Assembly: GCA_030647555.1 (NCBI GenBank)
Contig: JAUSJG010000007.1
Location: 106,181 to 170,180, forward strand
DNA length: 64,000 nt
Direction: 5' to 3'
DNA from: a bacterium
Lineage (GTDB): Bacteria; Patescibacteriota; Andersenbacteria; UBA10190; CAIZMI01
The notes under the pieces: model-generated
What the model was told of the DNA's origin: nothing
Databases searched by the model: none
What the model saw: the letters and a program-made list of their open reading frames with translations, nothing else
Made by a program: the position numbers and the translations under genes
Shown here: piece after piece, positions 1-9,026 of the stretch
How positions within the stretch are numbered: position 1 is the stretch's first letter
How the letters are laid out: each line of letters begins with the position of its first letter

Positions 1-8
1 ACACGCCA

Positions 9-2627
9 ATGCGCATCGAATTTTTGGGAAATGAAATTGACCACATTAAATCACTGGCGCCACGCAATCAAAACGGTACCGATACAAAAAAATTATTTGA
101 ACGCATCGCCCAAACGGATGGCCGAACAAGAAATATCTTTCCATTGGCACTGCCACCGTCACTACCGGTAAGTTTCCAAAAAATAATCGAGACTGCCTAC
201 ATTATTGCCGAAGAAGGGGCCCTAACGGGAACAACACCAAAACCGGATATGTTGTTGCAACCATTTTCCGCCATCTCCGCAATTCGTGAACCATCGGCGT
301 GCGGTGGCGATATGGAAAAATTCAAACTGCTTGTTTCCGAAACACTCAATAAAAATAAAGTAATCGTTTTGACGGCGCGCCCCGAAGCCACAAAAACAGC
401 ATTACCGCAAGACGAAAAACTGCAAATTATTCCCGCCGAAACAGCGGCGGACGCCAGAGGGTTTATTGCCACAGAAGACGCAATCGCCGTCTTCACCGAT
501 GCCGATATCGGCGAATCGGCGGAAGAAGATCCCCTTTCTTGGGATAGCGGGATGGCCTACTCAAGACGCTTTTCCGCGGGCAGTTATGTTGTACATCGCG
601 ATCACGGCATCGCGCGTTTCCGCGGAATTGAAAGAAAAGAATTACGCGACTCGGCCCGCGATTACTTGGTTTTGGAATATGCCGCCTCCGACAAACTTTT
701 TGTTCCTGTGGAAATGTCCTACAAAGTCACCGCTTACATCGGTGCCGCCAATCCCGTCATTCATCGCCTTGGCGGAAGCGAATGGGAATCAACCACCAAA
801 GAAATCCGCCAAGAAACGGCGGAATTGGCCAAAGAATTGCTTCAGCTTTATGCCGCGCGCGAAACACAATCCGGCACTGCTTTTCCCCCGGAAACTACCG
901 CAGAACGCGCCCTGGCCGATTCTTTCCCCTACGACGAAACACACGACCAAGAAACCGCCATTCGCGAAGTAACCAAAGATATGGAACGCGCCCAACCAAT
1001 GGATCGGCTGGTTTGTGGCGACGTGGGATTTGGAAAAACGGAAGTGGCCATTCGCGCCGCTTTCAAGGCGGTAAACTTCGGTCGCCAAGTGGCCGTACTT
1101 TCCCCCACAACGCTTTTAGCGCAACAACATTTCGACACCTTCCAAGAACGTCTCAAACCGTTCAATTCTCGCTGTGCCATTATTTCTCGCTTTCAAACTA
1201 CGGCCGAACAAGACGAAGTGGTTCGCAAATTGGCCACGGGAGAAGTGGATATCGTCATCGGTACCCACCGTCTATTATCGGAGGATGTAAAATTCAAAGC
1301 CCTGGGCTTAATGATTATCGACGAAGAACAAAAATTCGGCGTCGAACAAAAAGAAAGTTTGCGCAGAATGCGGGCCAGTGTGGATGTACTTTCGCTTTCC
1401 GCTACTCCCATTCCACGCACACTGAACATGGCGCTTTCGGGCCTGCGTTCTTTATCGGTAATTGCCACGCCTCCGGGAGGACGTCAACCGGTGATTACAA
1501 AAGTAACGCGAGAAAACGATGAGCTGGTAAAAAAGGCGCTACAAACCGAACTTGAGCGCGGTGGTCAAGCTTACGTTTTATGGAATCGCGTCGAAACCAT
1601 TGAAGCGGCGGCGGAACGAATTAGAAAAATTATGCCGAAGGCGCGCGTGGTGGTCGGCCACGGTCAAATGCATGAACAAAAACTGATGCAAGTGATGGAA
1701 TTATTCGATACCAAAAAAGCGGACATTTTGGTTTGCTCCACAATTATTCAAAATGGGATCGATTTGCCGAACGTCAACACCTTGGTTGTTTTTGATTCCC
1801 CGTCTTTTGGCTTATCTGATTTATATCAATTACGCGGACGCGTTGGTCGAGGTAACAAACAAGCCTTCGCCTATTTCTTATACCACCAGGGCCGTTTACC
1901 GTTTGAAGCCCGCAAGCGTTTAACCGCATTGCTTGAAGCCGTAGAATTAGGAAGCGGGTGGACGCTCGCGTTGCGTGACTTGGAAATTCGCGGCGCGGGA
2001 AATCTTCTCGGAAAAGAACAGCACGGCACAATTCGCGCCGTCGGTGTGCATCTTTTTGGTGAACTGTTAAATGAAGAAGTGGAACGCCTGCGCAAGGGCG
2101 CTGCTGAACAAATTATTACCGATGTACAAATCGACTTGCCAATCAAAGCCTATTTACCGGAAGAATACATTCCCAACACGGCGGAAAGACTACAAGCTTA
2201 TACCCGAACCGGATCAATCCGTTCTATGAAAGACCTTGTCGCCACACGACATGCGATAGAGGAACAATTCGGTCCACTTCCGGAATCGGGCGTTAATTTT
2301 TTCCAAATTCTTAAACTGAAACTACTGGCTGCTGTGGCGAACGTAAACGGAATCGTCGCCTCAACCAATCCGATGGCGAGCAAACGCGATATGACCGCGA
2401 AAAAAGATTTACGCGTTACGTTAACTTTACAAGACGGCCTCACGCCAACTATCGCCTACACCGCGATTGCCGACAATCCACGTTGGACTTTCACCGGCGC
2501 ATCAATGTCCATTCCCGTCACCGAACTAGGCGCGGATTACATGACAAAAATCGAACACACATTGCATCTAATAACTGAAGCGCGCGAAAAAGAACGCCTG
2601 ACGGGGAAGGCGAAGAAGAGGGTGTAG
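9..2627 (+). CDS. mfd: Transcription-repair coupling factor (5' end probably upstream of the window)
   Basis: RID motif VVHRDHGIARF, GDVGFGKTEVA Walker A, DEEQKFG, QLRGRVGR, RDLEIRGAGNLLG, C-terminal TRCF domain; the ORF begins inside the UvrB-homology region (RIEFLGNEI). Confidence 0.97.
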   Translation: MRIEFLGNEIDHIKSLAPRNQNGTDTKKLFERIAQTDGRTRNIFPLALPPSLPVSFQKIIETAYIIAEEGALTGTTPKPDMLLQPFSAISAIREPSACGGDMEKFKLLVSETLNKNKVIVLTARPEATKTALPQDEKLQIIPAETAADARGFIATEDAIAVFTDADIGESAEEDPLSWDSGMAYSRRFSAGSYVVHRDHGIARFRGIERKELRDSARDYLVLEYAASDKLFVPVEMSYKVTAYIGAANPVIHRLGGSEWESTTKEIRQETAELAKELLQLYAARETQSGTAFPPETTAERALADSFPYDETHDQETAIREVTKDMERAQPMDRLVCGDVGFGKTEVAIRAAFKAVNFGRQVAVLSPTTLLAQQHFDTFQERLKPFNSRCAIISRFQTTAEQDEVVRKLATGEVDIVIGTHRLLSEDVKFKALGLMIIDEEQKFGVEQKESLRRMRASVDVLSLSATPIPRTLNMALSGLRSLSVIATPPGGRQPVITKVTRENDELVKKALQTELERGGQAYVLWNRVETIEAAAERIRKIMPKARVVVGHGQMHEQKLMQVMELFDTKKADILVCSTIIQNGIDLPNVNTLVVFDSPSFGLSDLYQLRGRVGRGNKQAFAYFLYHQGRLPFEARKRLTALLEAVELGSGWTLALRDLEIRGAGNLLGKEQHGTIRAVGVHLFGELLNEEVERLRKGAAEQIITDVQIDLPIKAYLPEEYIPNTAERLQAYTRTGSIRSMKDLVATRHAIEEQFGPLPESGVNFFQILKLKLLAAVANVNGIVASTNPMASKRDMTAKKDLRVTLTLQDGLTPTIAYTAIADNPRWTFTGASMSIPVTELGADYMTKIEHTLHLITEAREKERLTGKAKKRV

Positions 2628-2637
2628 AGTGTAGGGG

Positions 2638-2726
2638 GTAGATTCCTATAATTGTCCTCTAATTTCCTTTCTATTTCGGTATTTAGATTTGTATACAGTA
2701 TTTGGTATATAGTATATGGATTTATT
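2638..2726 (+). repeat. Dispersed ~85-bp AT-rich repeat family A, copy 1 (just 3' of mfd)
   Basis: TTCCTATAA..CCTCTAA..TTTAGATTTGTATA..GTATTTGGTATATAGTATATGGA; reverse-complement copies at 15645-15727, 22616-22656 (partial) and 28356-28438. Confidence 0.85.
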
Positions 2727-2783
2727 GAGCACATACTATATTTTGGCATTTTTATATATATTATATTTTGTCGAGCACGAAAT

Positions 2784-2870
2784 CATCCCCCGTCGCCCTG
2801 ATGAGCTATGGGGGATTATTGTTTTTTACGAAAAACAATAAAAAAACCGTACGACTACCTGGTCGTACGG
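2784..2870. repeat. CATCCCCC-GTCGC..AGCTATG-GGGGATT hairpin module plus terminator of the convergent orphan gene
   Basis: Same module at 7968-8099, 22437-22521 (reverse) and 46502-46582. Confidence 0.75.
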
Positions 2871-2903
2871 CTACTAAAGAGCTTGAAACTGGTAACGTCG
2901 CCG

Positions 2904-3908
2904 CTACTTGATCTGGCGGATTTCGCGGGGGCTTTTGCGCACCCCTTGAAGTTGCTTGTGGCAGCGCTGTTTCAGCATCGCCACCTGCTCCGGCCCGCCG
3001 AACACTTTTGTGATTGCTCGCGCATCAAGACTCTCGAGCGCACTGATGTACTGTGTCGCGCCAGTGAAATCTTTCCATCCAACAGACTCATCGACGAGGC
3101 CTTTCAGTCTTATCGCTTCGACGATAAACAGCTCGATCAGCCGCTCGTCCAAAACGGCCAGCTCGGGATCATCCGGAATGAAAGTGTAACCATATCCGAC
3201 CGATTTCCGGACCATTTTTCTTTTGATGGGCTCAATACCCTCAAGCAGAAGTTTGGCCCCAGCAAGATCACCAGCTTCCATTCGTACCCGACACACCGCG
3301 AGAGACTCCTCTCGAAACCGTCGTGCATCCTCCTTAGCACGAACCTCGGCTTCCACGATTTCCCTCTCGACGGCTTCTTTGGCTGTTCTCTCGGCTTGAG
3401 CCTTGCTGTTAACCGCAGAAATGACCTGCACACGAAGTTCGTCATGTTTCCGTGTCAGTTCCGCGAGCCGCTCTTTCAAAGCCACAAGTTCATCATTTCG
3501 CGGCTTAACAAACGGAATGAGATACTTTTTCGTCTGAAGCAATCCTAAGCCTCGACTTGTCCAAAGCAACCTTTCTCCCGCTCGATCGAACGCATTTCGT
3601 GCGCCCGGATTGGCAATAACACTGGCATGTCCATCTTCAGCCTCGGCCAGGTATTTACCGCAATCGACGAAAATGAGATCGGCCCATTCCTTGTTCCGCT
3701 TATCAAGTTCGCGAAACAACCTGCTTCGCGCAGCCCCATATTGCCTCCTTAGGTCTTGGCTGCTCGTTTCAAGGATCGCATCCGTAAGCCAACTTGTGCA
3801 AGAGGCCAGTTCCGCTGGTTTAGAGGACTGGCTCGCCAACAATTGGGCGGCGTGACCGAGAAGCCACGTATTGTCGCGATCACGATCAATTTCAAACCCA
3901 TCATACAT
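2904..3908 (-). CDS. Hypothetical helical/coiled-coil orphan protein
   Basis: 334-aa ORF with upstream AGGAG, upstream TTGACA (~3982-3987) and a downstream hairpin plus T-run. Confidence 0.75.
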   Translation of the reverse strand: MYDGFEIDRDRDNTWLLGHAAQLLASQSSKPAELASCTSWLTDAILETSSQDLRRQYGAARSRLFRELDKRNKEWADLIFVDCGKYLAEAEDGHASVIANPGARNAFDRAGERLLWTSRGLGLLQTKKYLIPFVKPRNDELVALKERLAELTRKHDELRVQVISAVNSKAQAERTAKEAVEREIVEAEVRAKEDARRFREESLAVCRVRMEAGDLAGAKLLLEGIEPIKRKMVRKSVGYGYTFIPDDPELAVLDERLIELFIVEAIRLKGLVDESVGWKDFTGATQYISALESLDARAITKVFGGPEQVAMLKQRCHKQLQGVRKSPREIRQIK

Positions 3909-4018
3909 TGGATTTTCTCCTGTTATATTTATTCAGTTTTCCCACAGAACAACGGAAAATCGTACCCCCAAATTGGAGATTTGTCAATAGTACCGTTTGC
4001 GAGAATAATATGTAGGTA

Positions 4019-5287
4019 ATGGCAGAAATAAACACAGAAACGGAAACAACAATTCAATCGCCTGTCATTCCTACTGAAGCAGGAATCAGCAACGACCAGA
4101 AAACGGATTCCTGCTTCGGCAGGAATGACGATGTTGCCAACGAACTCTCTATCCTCCAAGCCCTCGCAGCCTTCCGACCAAATATCAACGCGTCAAAATT
4201 ACACGCCCTCATTAAATACGCTGGCAGTATTGAACAGGCTTGGGCAGTACCCGACGAAGCGTTGGAACAATACGGCTGGACTGCGGAACAACGACAATTA
4301 TTTAATGCTCACCGAAAAAATTATCAACCGGAAAAAGCACTGGAGCGCCTTTACCATTTAGGCATAGAGTTTATTCCCGACACTTCCCCTAAATTTCCAA
4401 AATCACTTCTTGATATATTCGATCCACCGCTTGGTCTTTATGTTCGCGGTAAACTTCACCAAAACAGTTTGAACATTGCTTTTGTGGGCAGTCGCAAAGC
4501 CACACCCTACGGAAAAACCGTTACAAACATGTTGGTGCGTCCGCTTGCCGCCAAAGGCGTCGTCATTATTTCCGGGTTAGCTTATGGCATCGATGCCGAA
4601 GCCCACCAGGCCACACTACAAAGCAATGGCACCACTTGGGCCGTCATGGGCAACGGTTGCGACGAAATGACTCTTTATCCACGCGCCCACCGCCAGTTAG
4701 CAAAAGACATTATTAATAATGATGGCGCGGTAATCAGTGAATATCCACCCGGCACACCGGGGCAACCCTATTTTTTCCCACAACGTAACCGCATTGTCTC
4801 CGGTCTTTCTCGCGCGATTGTTGTCGTGGAAGCAGGGCTACAAAGCGGTGCCCTAATCACCGCCCGCTTGGGCCTTGAACAAAATCGTGAAGTTTTCGCC
4901 GTTCCCGGCCCCATTACTTCGGAAATGTCCCAAGGAACCAACGAACTGATCCGCGATGGTGCGACACCTGTGAGTAGTGCCGAACAAATTATGGACGCGT
5001 TGGAACTGTTCTCTTTATTTGGCGGAATATCTCCCTCAAAAGCCGCGAGACAAATCTCCCACAAAGACATCGATGCCGTTTCAAATATTGTCGCAAGAAC
5101 CACTTCCAATCAACCGCAAAATGACCAAGAAAAAGTCTTAACTGTCCTTTCTACAAATCCGCTCGCTATTGACGAGATCGTAAAAGCCAGTACACTCCCG
5201 TCTCAAGTGGTAGGTTCTATTTTAACTCTTTTGGAAATTGAAGGTTTAGTCAAAGATATCGGCAATAAAAACTACACCAGAATTTGA
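4019..5287 (+). CDS. dprA: DNA-processing protein DprA
   Basis: VGSRKATPYG, ISGLAYGIDAEAH, FPQRNRIVSGLS, SGALITA, C-terminal winged helix; upstream of topA. Confidence 0.97.
   Translation: MAEINTETETTIQSPVIPTEAGISNDQKTDSCFGRNDDVANELSILQALAAFRPNINASKLHALIKYAGSIEQAWAVPDEALEQYGWTAEQRQLFNAHRKNYQPEKALERLYHLGIEFIPDTSPKFPKSLLDIFDPPLGLYVRGKLHQNSLNIAFVGSRKATPYGKTVTNMLVRPLAAKGVVIISGLAYGIDAEAHQATLQSNGTTWAVMGNGCDEMTLYPRAHRQLAKDIINNDGAVISEYPPGTPGQPYFFPQRNRIVSGLSRAIVVVEAGLQSGALITARLGLEQNREVFAVPGPITSEMSQGTNELIRDGATPVSSAEQIMDALELFSLFGGISPSKAARQISHKDIDAVSNIVARTTSNQPQNDQEKVLTVLSTNPLAIDEIVKASTLPSQVVGSILTLLEIEGLVKDIGNKNYTRI
4064..4129. repeat. 66-bp GTCATTCC...GGAATC / GATTCC...GGAATGAC palindromic element, in frame in the dprA 5' end
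   Basis: GTCATTCCTACTGAAGCAGGAATC ... GATTCCTGCTTCGGCAGGAATGAC; encodes VIPTEAGISNDQKTDSCFGRND. Confidence 0.8.
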
Positions 5288-5323
5288 ATAATGATTGATG
5301 AATGATGATTTATGAATAATGAA
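5285..5323 (+). repeat. ATGA(A/T)TN heptamer array, left flank of the four-helix-bundle gene
   Basis: TGAATA ATGATTG ATGAATG ATGATTT ATGAATA ATGAAA. Confidence 0.85.
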
Positions 5324-5701
5324 AAAAATACCAAAATTACAGTTTTTACAGACCTTAACGCATGGAAAGAATCCCACAAACTTGTCTTGCTCACATACCA
5401 ATTAACAAAAACATTTCCTAAAGATGAAATGTATGGCTTAATTAGCCAAATGAGACGAGCGGCAATTTCGATAACATCAAATATCGCGGAAGGATTTGGC
5501 AGGCAAACTTATCCTGAAAAAATCCAATTTTACTCGATTGCCAAAGGTTCATTATCGGAATTGCAAAATCAACTAATAGCTTCCAGGGACACAAATTTGT
5601 TAAATGAAGATTCTTTTCAGAACGCGTTTAAACAAAGCATTACCGCCCATAAACTCATCACGGGATTAATAAGAAGGTCGCGCGAAATTCATCAATCATA
5701 A
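5312..5701 (+). CDS. Four-helix-bundle protein (23S rRNA IVP / Avd-like family)
   Basis: FTDLNAW, FPKDEMYGLISQMRRAAISITSNIAEGFGR, AKGSLSELQNQL. Confidence 0.95.
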   Translation: MNNEKNTKITVFTDLNAWKESHKLVLLTYQLTKTFPKDEMYGLISQMRRAAISITSNIAEGFGRQTYPEKIQFYSIAKGSLSELQNQLIASRDTNLLNEDSFQNAFKQSITAHKLITGLIRRSREIHQS

Positions 5702-5720
5702 ATCATCATTCATAATTCAC
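5686..5720 (-). repeat. ATGA(A/T)TN heptamer array, inverted right flank of the four-helix-bundle gene
   Basis: Reverse strand reads GTGAATT ATGAATG ATGATTT ATGATTG ATGAATT. Confidence 0.85.
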
Positions 5721-5725
5721 GTATC

Positions 5726-7957
5726 ATGAAACTAGTTATCGTCGAGTCCCCCGCTAAAGCAAAAACGATCGCCAAATACCTTGGTAAGGGTTATGTGGTA
5801 AAAGCATCCTTTGGTCATGTGCGTGATTTGCCAAAAAGTAAAATCGGCGTGGACGTGGAAAATAATTTTGAGCCGGTTTATGTAGTACCGCCAAAAGCCA
5901 AAAAAACCGTCGCCGAACTGACACAAAGCGTTGCCAAAGCCGAGAAAGTCTACTTCGCCACTGATGAAGACCGCGAAGGAGAAGCCATTGCCTGGCATTT
6001 GGCAAAGATATTAAAGGTAAATGAAAAAACGGCGGAACGCATTACGTTCGACGAAATTACCAAGTCGGCCATTCAGCACGCCATTGAAAATCCGCGCAAA
6101 CTCAATTTACAACTGGTAGACGCCCAACAAGCGCGCCGTATTTTAGACCGTTTAGTCGGTTATGAATTATCACCGCTTCTTTGGAATAAAATTCGACGCG
6201 GGCTTTCGGCTGGGCGCGTGCAATCGGTGGCGGTGCGCTTAATTGTCGAACGCGAACGGGAAATTGAAGCATTCAAGGCTGATGAATTTTGGTCGGTGGA
6301 AGCAAACCTAAAAGCAAAAAATGGCGAATTTTTGGCAAAACTGCGCGCGGTTGATGAGCAAGTGCTGGACAAACTAGCGATTAAATCCGGCGCGGAAGCG
6401 GAACAAATTAAGAAAACCCTGGAAGGCGCCGTTTGGTTGATAGACAACATTGAAGAAAAACAAGTCAATCGCAGTCCCCTTCCTCCTTTTACCACCAGCA
6501 CACTGCAACAAGCCGCGTCCAACCGTCTTGGTTTTTCCACCAAAAAAACAATGATGCTCGCCCAACGTCTTTACGAAGGTATTGAACTAGGCGAAGAAGG
6601 TGCCACCGGTTTAATCACCTATATGCGTACCGACTCCTTAAATTTAGCGAATGAAGCATTAACCAAAATTCGTGAACTAATTCAAAAAGATTTTGGCACG
6701 GATTATTTACCGGCCGAACCGCGCTTCTACAAAAATAAATCGCGCGGTGCCCAAGAAGCCCACGAAGCCATTCGTCCCACCGATGTTAATTTGAAACCGG
6801 AATTTGTCGCGCAACACGTGGAACGCGACATGGCGCGCCTTTATGAATTAATTTGGCGCCGAACAGTCGCCTGCCAGACCGCCAATGCCAAATTTAAAGC
6901 CATGACCGTCGACATCAAAGCAAGCAAATATTATTTTCGCGCCACCGGTTCATCGGTTGCTTTCGCGGGTTTTCTGCAAATTTGGGGGATCGATAAAACC
7001 AAAGAAGTAATTCTTCCTTCGCTCGCAAAAAATGAGACGTTGGAATTATTAGTACTGAATACTTTACAACATTTTACCCAACCGCCCGCTAGGTATTCGG
7101 AAGCCAGTCTGGTTAAAGCATTGGAAGAAGCCGGTATTGGTCGTCCTTCCACATATGCGCCAACCATCGACACGGTTCAAAAACGCGGTTACGTGGAAAA
7201 AAGTTTAGAAGACAAAAGGTTCCGTCCAACGGATATTGGAAAAGTAGTAAACGATGTTTTAGTAGAACATTTCCCCGAAATCGTTGATATTCAGTTTACG
7301 GCCCGCATGGAAGAAGACCTCGACCAAATCGCGGATGGCAAAAAAGAGATGGTGCCGATCTTAAAAGCTTTCTACACTCCTTTCAAGAAAAACCTCAAAG
7401 AAAAAGCCAAAACGCTCAATAAAGACGACATCACCACCGAAAAAACCGATCTAAAGTGCCCCGATTGCGGAAAACCGGTAATCTTACGGCTTGGGCGCAA
7501 TGGTAAATTTTACGGTTGCTCCGGTTACCCCGATTGCAAATATACCGCGCCAAGCAGTGAACAAGAAAAATCAGAGATGGAAACGGCGCCGACTGGAAAA
7601 ATCTGCCCCGATTGTAACAAGGATTTAGTGCTCAAACGCGGACGCTTTGGCGCGTTCTTGGGTTGCGCCGGTTATCCTGAATGCAAACACACCGAACGGA
7701 TCGAAAAGAAAGTCGGCGGAATTTGTCCGAAGTGCAACGTCGGGGAAATTGTGGAACGAAAATCCAAACGCGGAAAATATTTCTATGGTTGCAATAAATA
7801 TCCGGAATGCGATTTTGTTTTGTGGAGCAAACCAACCGGTGAAAAATGCCCGACCTGCCAAAGTCTCCTCATCTTCGGAAAAAACAATACCGCGGTTTGT
7901 TCCGGTAAAGAGTGCGGTTTTTCCAAGGATTACGAAGCGAAGAGCGAAGAGGAATAA
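5726..7957 (+). CDS. topA: DNA topoisomerase I with C-terminal Zn ribbons
   Basis: LVIVESPAKAKTI, ATDEDREGEAIAWH, SAGRVQS, catalytic ITYMRTDS, GIGRPSTY, four CPxC ribbons. Confidence 0.98.
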   Translation: MKLVIVESPAKAKTIAKYLGKGYVVKASFGHVRDLPKSKIGVDVENNFEPVYVVPPKAKKTVAELTQSVAKAEKVYFATDEDREGEAIAWHLAKILKVNEKTAERITFDEITKSAIQHAIENPRKLNLQLVDAQQARRILDRLVGYELSPLLWNKIRRGLSAGRVQSVAVRLIVEREREIEAFKADEFWSVEANLKAKNGEFLAKLRAVDEQVLDKLAIKSGAEAEQIKKTLEGAVWLIDNIEEKQVNRSPLPPFTTSTLQQAASNRLGFSTKKTMMLAQRLYEGIELGEEGATGLITYMRTDSLNLANEALTKIRELIQKDFGTDYLPAEPRFYKNKSRGAQEAHEAIRPTDVNLKPEFVAQHVERDMARLYELIWRRTVACQTANAKFKAMTVDIKASKYYFRATGSSVAFAGFLQIWGIDKTKEVILPSLAKNETLELLVLNTLQHFTQPPARYSEASLVKALEEAGIGRPSTYAPTIDTVQKRGYVEKSLEDKRFRPTDIGKVVNDVLVEHFPEIVDIQFTARMEEDLDQIADGKKEMVPILKAFYTPFKKNLKEKAKTLNKDDITTEKTDLKCPDCGKPVILRLGRNGKFYGCSGYPDCKYTAPSSEQEKSEMETAPTGKICPDCNKDLVLKRGRFGAFLGCAGYPECKHTERIEKKVGGICPKCNVGEIVERKSKRGKYFYGCNKYPECDFVLWSKPTGEKCPTCQSLLIFGKNNTAVCSGKECGFSKDYEAKSEEE

Positions 7958-7967
7958 ATATTGAAAA

Positions 7968-8099
7968 CATCCCGCCTTCAGGCGAGGCTCGCCCCGATGG
8001 GCGGCCCCCTTCGCTCCGCCAGCGGGCGGAGCTACGGGGGATTGTTTTTCTCTGATGAGAAAAACAAAAAAACCTCCGACTCCCTGGGAAGTGAAGGTT
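7968..8099. repeat. CATCCCC...AGCTACGGGGGATT module carrying nested mini-palindromes, plus terminator
   Basis: Module as at 2784 and 46502, with extra CCGCC...GGCGG inserts; the first insert resembles 22670-22706. Confidence 0.7.
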
Positions 8100-8107
8100 G
8101 CTACTTT

Positions 8108-8908
8108 CTATTGATAATGGAAACGTCTGTGATCATTAAACCAGGAACGAATCGCGCGCCACTCCCTTGCACCATAAAACATCAGTAGCGGATCTTGCGC
8201 GTTCCCTTCCACTTCCAGAGCATATGATTCCGAAACATCATCTTCATCCCTCAACGGATACTCACCCCGTCGATCATCATCATCGTCAAGGACATCTGTG
8301 TTGATATGCATCAGCGCTAATGCAGCATTTTCCTCACTTAAGCCCCCGATTAGCCGAAGGACAACACGCCAAAACTCCTTCGGCGATAATCCCTCACGAA
8401 AGGAAACCTTTTCCACCTGACGAAGAACTGTAGGAAGATGGTCGGACAAACACGGATCCTTCTTCGCTTTTCCAGATTCACCGAACAAATATACTTCTTC
8501 AGGAACATATTCATAAGGAGTAATCCAGACCAGCAAATTACCCAGCAACACTGTGCGTTTTTCAATTTCCAAGTCTTTAAGTCGAAAAAGGAGATAATCG
8601 GCAACAATATCCTTCGGAATACTTCCGCACATCAGCAGACCCACAAGGTCTCGATAAAGAGGTAACGAATTTTGCATGTGAGATTCCCAAACTTCGCGCG
8701 ACATCTTGTCGTATTTTTTGGGTTTTAATTTTCTTGGATACTTCCGATACTCCGCCATGATGTGCCCAAGAACCAAAGACTGTTCACCTCTTTCTCCTTT
8801 AGACAAAAGACGCATCACCGCATAACCAATGTCGGTTTCATTCCGAAAACGCGTACGACACAAGCGGTCAGCCCACTTAAAGCACCCACTATCGTTTAAA
8901 TAACTCAT
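8108..8908 (-). CDS. Hypothetical orphan protein with acidic C-terminal tract
   Basis: 266-aa ORF with GGAGG Shine-Dalgarno and its own terminator. Confidence 0.75.
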   Translation of the reverse strand: MSYLNDSGCFKWADRLCRTRFRNETDIGYAVMRLLSKGERGEQSLVLGHIMAEYRKYPRKLKPKKYDKMSREVWESHMQNSLPLYRDLVGLLMCGSIPKDIVADYLLFRLKDLEIEKRTVLLGNLLVWITPYEYVPEEVYLFGESGKAKKDPCLSDHLPTVLRQVEKVSFREGLSPKEFWRVVLRLIGGLSEENAALALMHINTDVLDDDDDRRGEYPLRDEDDVSESYALEVEGNAQDPLLMFYGAREWRAIRSWFNDHRRFHYQ

Positions 8909-9026
8909 ATTGTTTCCTCCTATTTCTAGAATGGAAGAGAACTATCAAAAACAACCCTATTGTCAGCCTATTCTTAATTAGTACACCCAGTCAATTCGCG
9001 ATATATTTTTCAAACACTAATCAACC

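Noticed and set aside
2537-2749. Small ORFs sharing PYTIYQILYTNLN (also 22548-22826 and 28319-28558)
   Set aside because: These are translations of DNA repeat family A, with no consistent start or stop.
2808-3548. 246-aa plus-strand ORF
   Set aside because: Antisense shadow of the 2904-3908 gene, which has the Shine-Dalgarno, promoter and terminator.
5312-5701. Diversity-generating retroelement suggested by the Avd-like fold
   Set aside because: No reverse transcriptase and no TR/VR pair with adenine-specific mismatches in the window.
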